Assembly (NCBI GenBank): GCA_964016885.1
Contig: OZ024741.1
Location: 260,524,001 to 260,588,000, forward strand
DNA length: 64,000 nt
Reading direction: 5' to 3'
DNA from: Eledone cirrhosa
Taxonomy: Eukaryota
Shown: positions 52,056 to 64,000 of the stretch, one piece after another
Layout: every line of letters starts with the position of its first letter
Position numbering within the stretch: position 1 is the stretch's first letter
Position numbers and translations under genes: made by a program
Notes under the pieces: model-generated
Databases searched by the model: none
What the model was told of the DNA's origin: nothing
Seen by the model: only the letters and a program-made list of their open reading frames with translations

Positions 52056-55000
52056 GGTGTTTTGACTTACGAGTGTTTCGATACGAGTGTTTCGACTTAC
52101 GAGTGTTCTGACTTACGAGTGTTTTGACTTACGAGTGTTCTGATTTACGGAAGTTTCGACATACGAGTGTTTCGATTACGAGTGTTTCGACTTATGAGTG
52201 TTTCGACTTACGAGTGTTTCGGCTTATGAGTGTTTCGACTTACGAGTGCTTCGGCTTACGAGTGTTTCGACTTACGAGTATTTCGGCTTACGAGTGTTTC
52301 GACGTACGAATGTTTTGGCTTACGAGTGTTTCGGCTTATGAGTGTTTCGGCTTACGAGTGTTTCGACTTACGAGTGTTTCGGCTTACGAGTGTTTCAGTG
52401 TTTCGGCTTACGTGTGTTTCGACTTACGAGTGTTTCGACTTACGACTGTTTCGGCTTACGAGTGTATCGGCTTACGAGTGTTTCGGCTTACGAGTGTTTT
52501 GACTTACGAGTGTTTTGACTTACGATTGTTTGGCTTACGAGTGTTCTGACTTACGAGTGTTCCGACTTACGAGTGTTTCGGCTTATGAGGGTTTCGACTT
52601 ACGAGTGCTTCGGCTTACGAGTGTTTCGACTTACGAGTGTTTCGACTTACGAGTGTTTTGACTTACGGAATTTCGGCTTACGAGTGTTTCGACTTACGAG
52701 TGTTTTGACGTACGGGTGTTTCGACTTACGGGTCTTTCGACTTGCGAGTGTTTCGGCTTGCGAGTGTTTCGGCTTATGAGGGTTTCGACTTACGAGTGCT
52801 TCGGCTTACGAGTGCTCTGACTTACGGGTGTTCTGACTTACGAGTGTTCCGACTTACGAGTGTTTCGGCTTATGAGGGTTTCGACTTACGAGTGCTTCGG
52901 CTTACGAGTGTTTCGACTTACGAGTGTTATGACTTACGGGTGTTTTGACATACGAGTGTTTCGACTTACGAGTGTTTTGACTTACGGGTGTTTTGACATA
53001 CGAGTGTTTCGATACGAGTGTTCTGACTTACGAGTGTTCTGACTTACGAGTGTTTCGACATACGAGTGTTTTGGCTTACGGGTGTTTCGACTTACGAGTG
53101 TTTTGACTTACGAATGTTTTGACTTACGGGTGTTTCGGCTTACGAGTGTTTCGACTTACGAGTGTTTCGGCTTACGAGTGTTTCGACTTACTAATGTTTT
53201 TACTTACGAGTGTTTCGGCGTACGAGAGTTTTGACTTACGAGTGTTTCGACTTACGAGTGTTTCGACTTACGAGTATTTTGACTTACGAATGTTTTGACT
53301 TACGGGTGTTTCGGCTTACGAGTGTTTCGACTTACGAGTGTTTCGGCTTACGAGTGATTCGACTTACTAATGTTTTTACTTACGAGTGTTTCGGCGTACG
53401 AGAGTTTTGACTTACGAGTGTTTCGACTTACGAGTGTTTCGACTTACGAGTATTTTGACTTACGAATGTTTTGACTTACGGGTGTTTCGGCTTACGAGTG
53501 TTTCGACTTACGAGTCTTTCGGCTTACGAGTGTTTTGACTTACGAGTGTTTCGGCTTACGTGAGTTTCGACTTAAGAGTGTTCTGATTTACGAGTGTTCT
53601 GACTTGCGGGTGTTCTGATTTACGAGTGTTCCGACTTACGAGTGTTTCGTCTTATGAGTGTTTCGAATTACGAGTGTTTCGGCTTACGAGTGTTTCGACT
53701 TACGAGTGTTTTGACTTACGAATGTTTTGACTTACGGGTGTTTCGGCTTACGAGTGTTTCGACTTACGAGTCTTTCGGCTTACGAGTGTTTCGGCGTACG
53801 AGTGTTTCGACTTACGAGTGTTTCGACTTACGGGTGTTTTGACTTACGGGTGTTTCGGCTTACGAGTGTTTTGACTTACGGGTGTTTTGACTTAAGGGTG
53901 TTTCGACTTACGAGTATTTTTGGCTTACGAGTGTTTCGACTTACGAGTGTTTTGAATTACGAGTGTTCTGATTTACGGATGTTTCGACATACGAGTGTTT
54001 CGACTTACGAGTGTTTCGACTTATGAGTGTTTCGACTTACGAGTGTTTCGACTTACGAGTGTTTCGGCTTATGAGTGTTTCGACTTACGAGTGTTTTGAC
54101 TTACTGGTGTTTTGACATACGAGTGTTTCGATACGAGTGTTCTGACTTACGAGTGTTCTGACTTACGAGTGTTTTGCCTTACGAGTGTTCTGACTTACGA
54201 GTGTTCCGACATACGAGTGTTCCGACTTACGAGTGTTTCGGCTTACGAGTGTTTCCGGCTTACGAGTGTTTCGACTTACGAGTGTTTTGACTTACGGTGT
54301 TTCGGCTTACGAGTGATTCGACTTACGAGTGTTTTGACTTACGGGTGTTTTGACTTACGGGTGTTGTGAATTACGAGTGTTCCGATTTACGAGTGTTTCG
54401 GCTTATGAGTGTTTCGACTTACGAGTGTTTCGGCTTACGAGTGTTTCGACTTATGGGTGTTTCGACTTACGAGTGTTTTTACTTACGGTGTTTCGGCTTA
54501 CGAGTGTTTCGACATACGAGTGTTCAGACTTACGAGTGTTCCGACTTACGAGCGTTCCGACTTACGAGTATTTTGACTTATGGGTGTTTTGACATACGAG
54601 TGTTTCGATACGAGTGCTCTGACTTACGAGTGTTCTGACTTACGAGTGTTCTGACCTACGAGTGTTCTGACTTACGGGTGTTCTGACTTACGTGTGTTCC
54701 GACTTACGAGTGTTTCAGCTATGGGTGTTTCGACTTGCGAGTGTTTCGGCTTACGAGTGTTTCGACTTACGAATGTTTTGGCTTACGAGTGTTTCGGCTT
54801 ACGAGTGTTTCGACTTACGAATGTTTTGGCTTACGAGTGTTTCGGCTTACGGGTCTTTCGACTTACGAGTGTTTCGACTTACGAGTGTTTTGACATACGG
54901 TGTTTCGGCTTACGAGTTATTCGACATACGAGTGTTTCGACTTACGGGTGTTTCGACTTACGGGTGTTTCGACTTACGAGTGTTTCGACTTATGAGTGTT

Positions 55001-55266
55001 TCGACTTACGAGTGTTCTGACTTACCAGTGTTCTGACTTACGATTGTTCCGACTTACGAGTGTTTCGGTTCACCAGTGTTTCGACACACGAGTGTTTTGA
55101 CTTACGGGGGTTTCGACTTACGGGTGTTTCGACTTACGAGTGTTTCGGCTTACGAGTGTTTCGACTTACTAATGTTTTTACTTACGAGTGTTTCGGTGTA
55201 CGAGTGTTTCGACTTAAGGCTGTTTCGACTTACGAGTGTTTCGACTTACGAGTGGTTCGACTTACG

Positions 55267-55344
55267 AAAATAACAAATAGACGCGGTTTCAAATCTCTAT
55301 GATTTTCAGATTCATTACATTAATCTTTATTTATACGTTTCGCT
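55267..55344. repeat. ~78-bp AT-rich spacer, copy 8 (allele A with one substitution)
   Basis: Has ATGATTTTCAGATTC instead of ATGATTTTCAAATTC. Confidence 0.95.
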
Positions 55345-58300
55345 TTACGAGTGTTTCGACTTACGAGTGTTTCGACATACGAGTGTTTCGACTTCCGAAT
55401 GTTTTTGCTTACGGGTGTTTCGATTTACGAATGGTTCGGCTTACGAGTGTTTCGGCTTACGAGTGTTCCGACTTAGGAGTGTTTCGGCTTACGAGTGTTT
55501 CCGGCTTACGAGTGTTTCGACTTACGAGTGTTTCGACTTTCGAGTGTTTTGACTTACGGTGTTTCGGCTTACGAGTGATTCGACTTACGAGTGTTTTGAC
55601 TTACGGGTGTTTTGACTTACGGGTGTTGTGAATTACCAGTGTTCCGATTTACGAGTGTTTTGACTTACGGTGTTTCGGCTTGCGAGTGTTTCGACTTACG
55701 AGTGTTTCGGCTTATGAGTGTTTCGACTTACTAATGTTTTTACTTACGAGTGTTTCGGCGTTCGAGTGTTTTGACTTACGGTGTTTCGGCTTACGAGTGT
55801 TTCGACTTACGAGTGTTTTGACGTACGGGTGTTTCGACTTATGGGTCTTTCGACTTGCGAGTGTTTCGGCTTGCGAGTGTTTCGGCTTATGAGGGTTTCG
55901 ACTTACGAGTGCTTCGGCTTACGAGTGTTCTGACTTACGGGTGTTCTGACTTACGAGTGTTCCGACTTACGAGTGTTTCGGCTTATGAGGGTTTCGACTT
56001 ACGAGTGCTTCGGCTTACGAGTGTTTCGACTTACGAGTGTTATGACTTACGGGTGTTTTGACATACGAGTGTTTCGACTTACGAGTGTTTTGACTTACGG
56101 GTGTTTTGACATACGTGTGTTTCGATACGAGTGTTCTGACTTACGAGAGTTCTGACTTACGAGTGTTCTGACTTACGAGTGTTTCGACATACGAGTGTTT
56201 TGACTTACGGGTGTTTCGACTTACGAGTGTTTTGACTTACGAATGTTTTGACTTACGGGTGTTTCGGCTTACGAGTGTTTCGACTTACGAGTGTTTCGGC
56301 TTACGAGTGTTTCGACTTACTAATGTTTTTACTTACGAGTGTTTCGGCGTACGAGAGTTTTGACTTACGAGTGTTTCGACTTACGAGTGTTTCGACTTAC
56401 GAGTATTTTGACTTACGAATGTTTTGACTTACGGGTGTTTCGGCTTACGAGTGTTTCGACTTACGAGTGTTTCGGCTTACGAGTGATTCGACTTACTAAT
56501 GTTTTTACTTACGAGTGTTTCGGCGTACGAGAGTTTCGACTTACGAGTATTTTGACTTACGAATGTTTTGACTTACGGGTGTTTCGACTTACAAGTGTTT
56601 CGACTTACGAGTCTTTCGGCTTACGAGTGTTTTGACTTACGAGTGTTTTGACTTAAGGGTGTTTCGACTTACGAGTATTTTTGGCTTACGAGTGTTTCGA
56701 CTTACGAGTGTTTTGACTTACGAGTGTTCTGATTTACGGATGTTTCGACATACGAGTGTTTCGACTTACGAGTGTTTCGACTTATGAGTGTTTCGACTTA
56801 CGATTGTTTCGACTTACGAGTGTTTCGGCTTATGATTGTTTCGACTTACGAGTGTTTTGACTTACGGTGTTTCAGCTTACGAGTGTTTCGACTTACGAGT
56901 GTTTTGACTTACGGGTGTTTTGACATACGAGTGTTTCGATACGAGTGTTCTGACTTACGAGTGTTCTGACTTACGAGTGTTTTGACTTACGAGTGTTCTG
57001 ACTTACGAGTGTTCCGACTTACGAGTGTTCCGACTTACGAGTGTTTCGGCTTACGAGTGTTTCCGGCTTACGAGTGTTTCGACTTACGAGTGTTTTGACT
57101 TACGGTGTTTCGGCTTACGAGTGATTCGACTTACGAGTGTTTTGACTTACGGGTGTTTTGACTTACGGGTGTTGTGAATTACGAGTGTTCCGATTTACGA
57201 GTGTTTTGACTTACGGTGTTTCGGCTTACGAGTGATTCGACTTACGGATGTTTTGACTTACGGGTGTTTCGGCTTGCGAGTGTTTCGACTTACGAGTGTT
57301 TCGGCTTATGAGTGTTTCGACTTACTAATGTTTTTACTTACGAGTGTTCTGACTTACGAGTGTTCCGAATTACGAGTGTTCCGACTTACGAGTGTTTCGG
57401 CTTACGAGTGTTTCCGGCTTACGGGTGTTTCGACTTACGAGTGTTTCGACTTACGAGTGTTTTGACTTACGGTGTTTCGACTTACGAGTGATTCGACTTA
57501 CGAGTGTTTTGACTTACGGGTGTTTTGACTTACGGGTGTTGTGAATTACCAGTGTTCCGATTTACGAGTGTTTTGACTTACGGTGTTTCGGCTTACGAGT
57601 GATTCGACTTACGAATGTTTTGACTTACGAGTGTTTCGGCTTGCTAGTGTTTCGACTTACGAGTGTTTCGGCTTATGAGTGTTTTGACTTACTACTGTTT
57701 TTACTTACGAGTGTTTCGGCGTACGAGTGTTTTGACTTACGAGTGTTTCGACTTACGAGTGTTTCGACTTACGAGTGTTTCGGCTTACGTGAGTTTCGAC
57801 TTAAGAGTGTTCTGATTTACGAGTGTTCTGACTTGCGGGTGTTCTGATTTACGAGTGTTCCGACTTACGAGTGTTTCGGCTTACGAGTGTTTCGACTTAC
57901 GAGTGTTTTGACTTACGAATGTTTTGACTTACGGGTGTTTCGGCTTACGAGTGTTTCGACTTACGAGTCTTTCGGCTTACGAGTGTTTCGGCGTACGAGT
58001 GTTTCGACTTACGAGTGTTTCGACTTACGGGTGTTTTGACTTACGGGTGTTTCGGCTTACGAGTGTTTTGACTTACGGGTGTTTTGACTTAAGGGTATTT
58101 CGACTTACGAGTATTTTTGGCTTACGAGTGTTTCGACTTACGAGTGTTTTGAATTACGAGTGTTCTGATTTACGGATGTTTCGACATACGAGTGTTTCGA
58201 CTTACGAGTGTTCCGACTTACGAGTGTTCTGACGTATGAGTGTTCCGACTTACGAGTGTTCCGACTTACGAGTGTTTCGGCTTACGAGTGTTTCCGGCTT

Positions 58301-59302
58301 ACGAGTGTTTCGACTTACGAGTGTTTTGACTTACGGTGTTTCGGCTTACGAGTGATTCGACTTACGAGTGTTTTGACTTACGGGTGTTTTGACTTACGGG
58401 TGTTGTGAATTACGAGTGTTCCGATTTACGAGTGTTTCGGCTTATGAGTGTTTCGACTTACGAGTGTTTCGGCTTACGAGTGTTTCGACTTATGGGTGTT
58501 TCGACTTACGAGTGTTTTTACTTAAGGTGTTTCGGCTTACGAGTGTTTCGACATACGAGTGTTCAGACTTACGAGTGTTCCGACTTACGAGCCTTCCGAC
58601 TTACGAGTATTTTGACTTATGGGTGTTTTGACATACGAGTGTTTCGATACGAGTGCTCTGACTTACGAGTGTTCTGACTTACGAGTGTTCTGACCTACGA
58701 GTGTTCTGACTTACGGGTGTTCTGACTTACGTGTGTTCCGACTTACGAGTGTTTCAGCTATGGGTGTTTCGACTTACGAGTGTTTCGGCTTACGAGTGTT
58801 TCGACTTACGAATGTTTTGGCTTACGAGTGGTTCGGCTTACGAGTGTTTCGACTTACGAATGTTTTGGCTTACGAGTGTTTCGGCTTACGGGTCTTTCGA
58901 CTTACGAGTGTTTCGACTTACGAGTGTTTTGACATACGGTGTTTCGGCTTACGAGTTATTCGACATACGAGTGTTTCGACTTACGGGTGTTTCGACTTAC
59001 GGGTGTTTCGACTTACGAGTGTTTCGACTTATGAGTGTTTCGACTTACGAGTGTTCTGACTTACAGTGTTCTGACTTACGATTGTTCCGACTTACGAGTG
59101 TTTCGGTTTACGAGTGTTTCGACACACGAGTGTTTTGACTTACGGGGGTTTCGACTTACGGGTGTTTCGACTTACGAGTGTTTCGGCTTACGAGTGTTTC
59201 GACTTACTAATGTTTTTACTTACGTGTTTCGGTGTACGAGTGTTTCGACTTAAGGCTGTTTCGACTTACGAGTGTTTCGACTTACGAGTGGTTCGACTTA
59301 CG

Positions 59303-59380
59303 AAAATAACAAATAGACGCGGTTTCAAATCTCTATGATTTTCAAATTCATTACATTAATCTTTATTTATACGTTTCGCT
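59303..59380. repeat. ~78-bp AT-rich spacer, copy 9 (allele A)
   Basis: Same as 1454-1531. Confidence 0.95.
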
Positions 59381-62200
59381 TTACGAGTGTTTCGACTTAC
59401 GAGTGTTTCGACATACGAGTGTTTCGACTTCCGAATGTTTTTGCTTACGGGTGTTTCGACTTACGAATGGTTCGGCTTACGAGTGTTTCGGCTTACGAGT
59501 GTTCCGACTTAGGAGTGTTTCGGCTTACGAGTGTTTCCGGCTTACGAGTGTTTCGACTTACGAGTGTTTCGACTTTCGAGTGTTTTGACTTACGGTGTTT
59601 CGGCTTACGAGTGATTCGACTTACGAGTGTTTTGATTTACGGGTGTTTTGACTTACGGGTGTTGTGAATTACCAGTGTTCCGATTTACGAGTGTTTTGAC
59701 TTACGGTGTTTCGGCTTGCGAGTGTTTCGACTTACGAGTGTTTCGGCTTATGAGTGTTTCGACTTACTAATGTTTTTACTTACGAGTGTTTCGACTAACG
59801 AGTGTTTTGACTTACGAATGTTTTGACTTACGGGTGTTTCGGCTTACGGGTGTTTCGACTTACGAGTGTTTCGACTTATGAGTGTTTCGACTTACGAGTG
59901 TTCTGACTTACGAGTGTTCTGACTTACGAGTGTTCCGACTTACGAGTGTTTCGGTTTACGAGTGTTTCGACATACGAGTGTTTTGACTTACGGGTGTTTC
60001 GACTTACGGGTGTTTCGACTTACGAGTGTTTCGGCTTACGAGTGTTTCGACTTACTAATGTTTTTACTTACGAGTGTTTCGGTGTACGAATGTTTTGACT
60101 TAAGGATGTTTCGACTTACGAGTGTTTCGACTTACGAGTGTTTCGGCTTACGTGAGTTTCGACTTAAGAGTGTTCTGATTTACGAGTGTTCTGACTTGCG
60201 GGTGTTCTGATTTACGAGTGTTCCGACTTACGAGTGTTTCGGCTTATGAGTGTTTCGACTTACGAGTGTTTCGACTTATGGGTGTTTCGACTTACAAGTG
60301 TTTTTACTTACGGTGTTTCGGCTTACGAGTGTTTCGACATACGAGTGTTTTGACTTACGAGTGTTTCGACTTACGAGTGTTTCGACTTACGAGTCTTTCG
60401 GCTTACGAGTGTTTCGACATACGAGTGTTTCGACTTACGAGTGTTTCGGCTTACGAGTGTTTCGACTTACTAATGTTTTTACTTACGAGTGTTTCGGCGT
60501 ACGAGAGTTTTGACTTACGAGTGTTTCGACTTACGAGTGTTTTGACTTACGAATGTTTCGACTTACTAATGTTTTTACTTACGAGTGTTTCGGCGTACGA
60601 GAGTTTTGACTTACGAGTGTTTTGACTTACGAATGTGTTGACTTACGGGTGTTTCGGCTTATGAGTGTTTCGACTTACGAGTCTTTCGGCTTACGAGTGT
60701 TTCGACTTACTAATGTTTTTACTTACGAGTGTTTCGGCGTACGAGTGTTTCGACTTACGAGTGTTTCGACTTACGGGTGTTTTGACTTACTGGTGTTTCG
60801 GCTTACGAGTGTTTCGATTTACGAGTGTTTTGACTTAAGGGTGTTTCGACTTACGAGTATTTTTGGCTTACGAGTGTTTCGACTTACGAGTGTTTTGACT
60901 TACGAGTGTTCTGATTTACGGATGTTTCGACATACTAGTGTTTCGACTTACGAGTGTTTCGACTTATGAGTGTTTCGACTTACGAGTGTTTCGGCTTACG
61001 AGTGTTTCGACTTACGAGTGTTTTGACTTACGGTGTTTCGGCTTACGAGTGTTTCGACTTACGAGTGTTTTGACTTACGGGTGTTTTGACATACGAGTGT
61101 TTCGATACGAGTGTTCTGACTTACGAGTGATCTGACTTACGAGTGTTTTGACTTACGAGTGTTCTGACTTACGAGTGTTGCGACTTATGAGTGTTCCGAC
61201 TTACGAGTGTTTCGGCTTACGAGTGTTTCCGGCTTACGAGTGTTTCGACTTCCGGGTGTTTCGGCTTACGAGTGTTTTGACTTACGAGTGTTTTGAATTA
61301 CGAGTGTTCTGATTTACGGGTGTTGTGAATTACGAGTGTTCCGATTTACGAGTGTTTTGACTTACGGTGTTTCGGCTTACGAGTGATTCGACTTACGAAT
61401 GTTTTGACTTACGGGTGTTTCGGCTTGCGAGTGTTTCGACTTACGAGTGTTTAGGCTTATGGGTGTTTCGACTTACTAATGTTTTTACTTACGAGTGTTT
61501 CGGCGTACGAGTGTTTTGACTTACGAGTGTTTCGACTTACGAGTGTTTCGACTTACGAGTGTTTCGGCTAACGTGAGTTTCGACTTAACTGTGTTCTGAT
61601 TTACGAGTGTTCTGACTTGCGGGTGTTCTGATTTACGAGTGTTCCGACTTACGAGTGTTTCGGCTTATGAGTGTTTCGACTTACGAGTGTTTCGGCTTAC
61701 GAGTGTTTCGACTTATGGGTGTTTCGACTTACGAGTGTTTTTACTTACGGTGTTTCGGCTTACGAGTGTTTCGACATACGAGTGTTTTGACTTACGGGTG
61801 TTTCGACTTACGAGTGTTTTGACTTACGGGTGTTTCGACTTACGAGTGTTTTGACTTACGAATGTTTTGACTTACGAGTGTTTCGACTTACGAGTCTTTC
61901 GGCTTACGAGTGTTTTTACTTACGAGTGTTTCTGCGTACGAGTGTTTCGACTTACGAGTGTTTCGACTTACGGGTGTTTTGACTTACGGGTGTTTCGGCT
62001 TACGAGTGTTTTGACTTACGAGTGTTTTGACTTAAGGGTGTTTCGACTTACGAGTATTTTTGGATTACGAGTGTTTCGACTTACGAGTGTTTTGACTTAC
62101 GAGTGTTCTGATTTACGGATGTTTCGACATACGAGTGTTTCGACTTACGAGTGTTTCGACTTATGAGTGTTTCGACTTACCAGTGTTTCGGCTTATGAGT

Positions 62201-62475
62201 GTTTCGACTTATGAGTGTTTCGGCTTACGTGAGTTTCGACTTAAGAGTGTTCTGATTTACGAGTGTTCTGACTTGCGGGTGTTCTGATTTACGAATGTTC
62301 CGACTTACGAGTGTTTCGTCTTATGAGTGTTTCGACTTACGAGTGTTTCGGCTTACGAGTGTTTCGACTTATGAGTGTTTCGGCTTACGTGAGTTTCGAC
62401 TTAAGAGTGTTCTGATTTACGAGTGTTCTGACTTGCGGGTGTTCTGATTTACGAATGTTCCGACTTACGAGTGTT
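62201..62475. repeat. 160-bp (10-monomer) local duplication
   Basis: GTTTCGACTTATGAGTGTTTCGGCTTACGTGAG...GATTTACGAATGTTCCGAC occurs at 62201 and 62361. Confidence 0.85.
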
Positions 62476-63898
62476 AAGACTTACGGGTGTTTTGACATAC
62501 GAGTGTTTCGATACGAGTGTTTCGACTTACGAGTGTTACGAGTGTTCTGACTTACGACTGTTCTGACTTACGAGTGTTCTGACTTACGAGCGTTCTGACT
62601 TACGAGTGTTCCGACTTACGAGCGTTCCGACTTACGAGTGTTTCGGCTTACAAGTGTTCCGACTTACGAGTGATTCGACTTACGAGTGTTTTGACTTACG
62701 GTGTTTCTGCTTACGAGTGTTTCGACTTACGAGTGTTAAGACTTACGGGTGTTTTGACATACGAGTGTTTCGATACGAGTGTTTCGACTTACGAGTGTTA
62801 CGAGTGTTCTAACTTACGAGTGATTCGACTTACGGGTGTTCTGACCTACAAGTGTTCTGACTTACGGGTGTTTCGACTTACGATTGTTTTTTTCACTTAC
62901 GGGTGTTTCGACTTACGCGTGTTTCGATTTACGAGTGTTTAGACTTACGAGTGTTTCGACTACGAATGTTCCGACTTACGAGTGTTTCGACTTACGAGTG
63001 TTTCGACTTACGGGTGTTCCGACTTGCGAGTGTTTCGGCTTACGATTGTTTCGACTTACGGGTGTTTTGACTTACGGTGTTTCGGCTTACGAGTGTGTTG
63101 ACTTACGAGTGTTTTGACTTACGGGTGTTTTGACATAGGAGTGTTTCGATACGAGTGTTCTGACTTACGAGTGTTCTGACTTACGAGTGTTCTGACTTAC
63201 GAGTGGTCTGACTTACGGGTGTTCTGACTTACGAGTGTTCCGACTTACGAGTGTTTCAGCTTATGAGTGTTTCGACTTACGAGTGCTTCGGTTTACGAGT
63301 GTTTCGACTTACGAGTGTTTTGACTTATGGTGTTTCGGCTTACGAGTGTTTCGACATACGAGTGTTTTGACTTACGGGTGTTTCGACTTACGGGTGTTTC
63401 GACGTAAGAGTGTTTCGACTTACGAGCGCTTCGACATACGAGTGTTTTGACTTACGAGTGTTTCGGCGTACGAGTGTTTTGACTTACGAGTGTTTCGACT
63501 TACGAGTGCTTTGACTTACGAATGTTTTGAATTACTTCGACTTACGAGTGATCTGACTTTCGAGTGTTCCTACTTAGGAGTGTTTCGACTTACGAGTGTT
63601 TCGACTTGCGAGTGTTTCGACTTACGAGTGTTTCGACTTACGAGTGTTCTGACTTACGAGTGTTCTGACTTACGAGTGTTCCGACTTACGAGTGTTTTGA
63701 CTTACGAATGTTCTGACTTACGGGTGTTTCGCCTTACGAGTGTTTCGACTTACGAGTGTTTTAACTTACGGGTGTTTCGACTTACGCGTGTTTCGACTTA
63801 CCAGTGTTTCGACTTACGAGTGTTTCGACTTACGAATGTTCCGACTTACGAGTGTTTCTACTTACGAGTGTTTCGGCTTACGAGTGTTTCGACTTACG

Positions 63899-63976
63899 AA
63901 AATAACAAATAGACGCGGTTTCAAATATCTATGCTTTTCAAATTCATTACATTAATCTTTATTTATACGTTTCGCT
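63899..63976. repeat. ~78-bp AT-rich spacer, copy 10 (allele B)
   Basis: Same as 17971. The preceding ~1.4 kb is a diverged copy of about 16.3-18.0 kb. Confidence 0.95.
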
Positions 63977-64000
63977 TTACGAGTGTTTCGGCGTACGAGT

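Larger units (their letters stand above)
47180..57850. repeat. ~2.1-kb block repeated at a ~8.6-kb offset (about 47.2-49.27 kb and 55.8-57.85 kb)
   Basis: ORF offsets 47239/55855 (8616) and 48188/56772, 49015/57599 (8584); shared TTACTACTGTTTTTAC. Confidence 0.8.
53550..59790. repeat. ~2.1-kb block repeated at a ~4.0-4.2-kb offset (about 53.55-55.75 kb and 57.77-59.79 kb)
   Basis: ORF offsets 53727/57924, 54350/58389 and 55299/59335; shared TTTCAGCTATGGG, GACACACGAG and TTACGGGGG. Confidence 0.82.
1..64000. repeat. 16-bp tandem satellite array, consensus GACTTACGAGTGTTTC, single orientation, running off both window ends
   Basis: Directly visible throughout except in three 815-bp islands and ten ~78-bp spacers. 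Common variants are TTTCGGC, TTTTGAC, TTCTGAC, TTCCGAC, ACGGGTG, TTATGAG and ACGAATG, plus shortened or lengthened monomers. Confidence 0.99.

Noticed and set aside
14-63955. Hundreds of + strand ORFs encoding LTSVSTYECFDLRVFR-like repeats
   Set aside because: A stop-free 16-bp monomer gives the same 16-aa periodic peptide in all three frames. The minus strand has TAA in each monomer, which explains the lack of minus ORFs. Frameshifts and TGA variants are scattered freely, so there is no sign of coding constraint.
1-64000. CRISPR array
   Set aside because: The repeats are contiguous without unique spacers, the interruptions are themselves repeated, and there are no cas genes.
1-64000. Telomerase-made telomeric repeat (G/T-rich strand, 16 bp)
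   Set aside because: There are no G-runs and no match to a telomere motif I recognise. Variants are inherited in kb-scale blocks, which indicates recombinational amplification.
1-64000. Canonical CENP-B box
   Set aside because: The spacing between the A and CGGG is 0 rather than 2 nt, so it is kept only as a resemblance under findings.

Overview
This window is almost entirely one head-to-tail satellite array of a 16-bp monomer (consensus GACTTACGAGTGTTTC, all copies in the same orientation), most likely from eukaryotic heterochromatin. No genes are supported: every listed ORF arises because the monomer has no stop codon on the + strand. Shared variant strings reveal nested duplications of about 0.16, 0.5, 2.4 (x3), 3.6, 4.0, 4.6, 5.3, 5.5 and 8.6 kb, plus a 20-27 kb super-repeat. 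Two non-satellite sequences interrupt the array: ten copies of a ~78-bp AT-rich spacer and three near-identical copies of an 815-bp island. The island holds a GC-rich hairpin ending in CTAT joined directly to TCTATATATATAAAA and a GTCT/GT microsatellite. This resembles a Helitron 3' end fused to a Helitron 5' end. The leading hypothesis, which is unproven, is that the satellite is internal cargo of head-to-tail non-autonomous Helitron units. Coordinates were read by eye, and duplication breakpoints are approximate.
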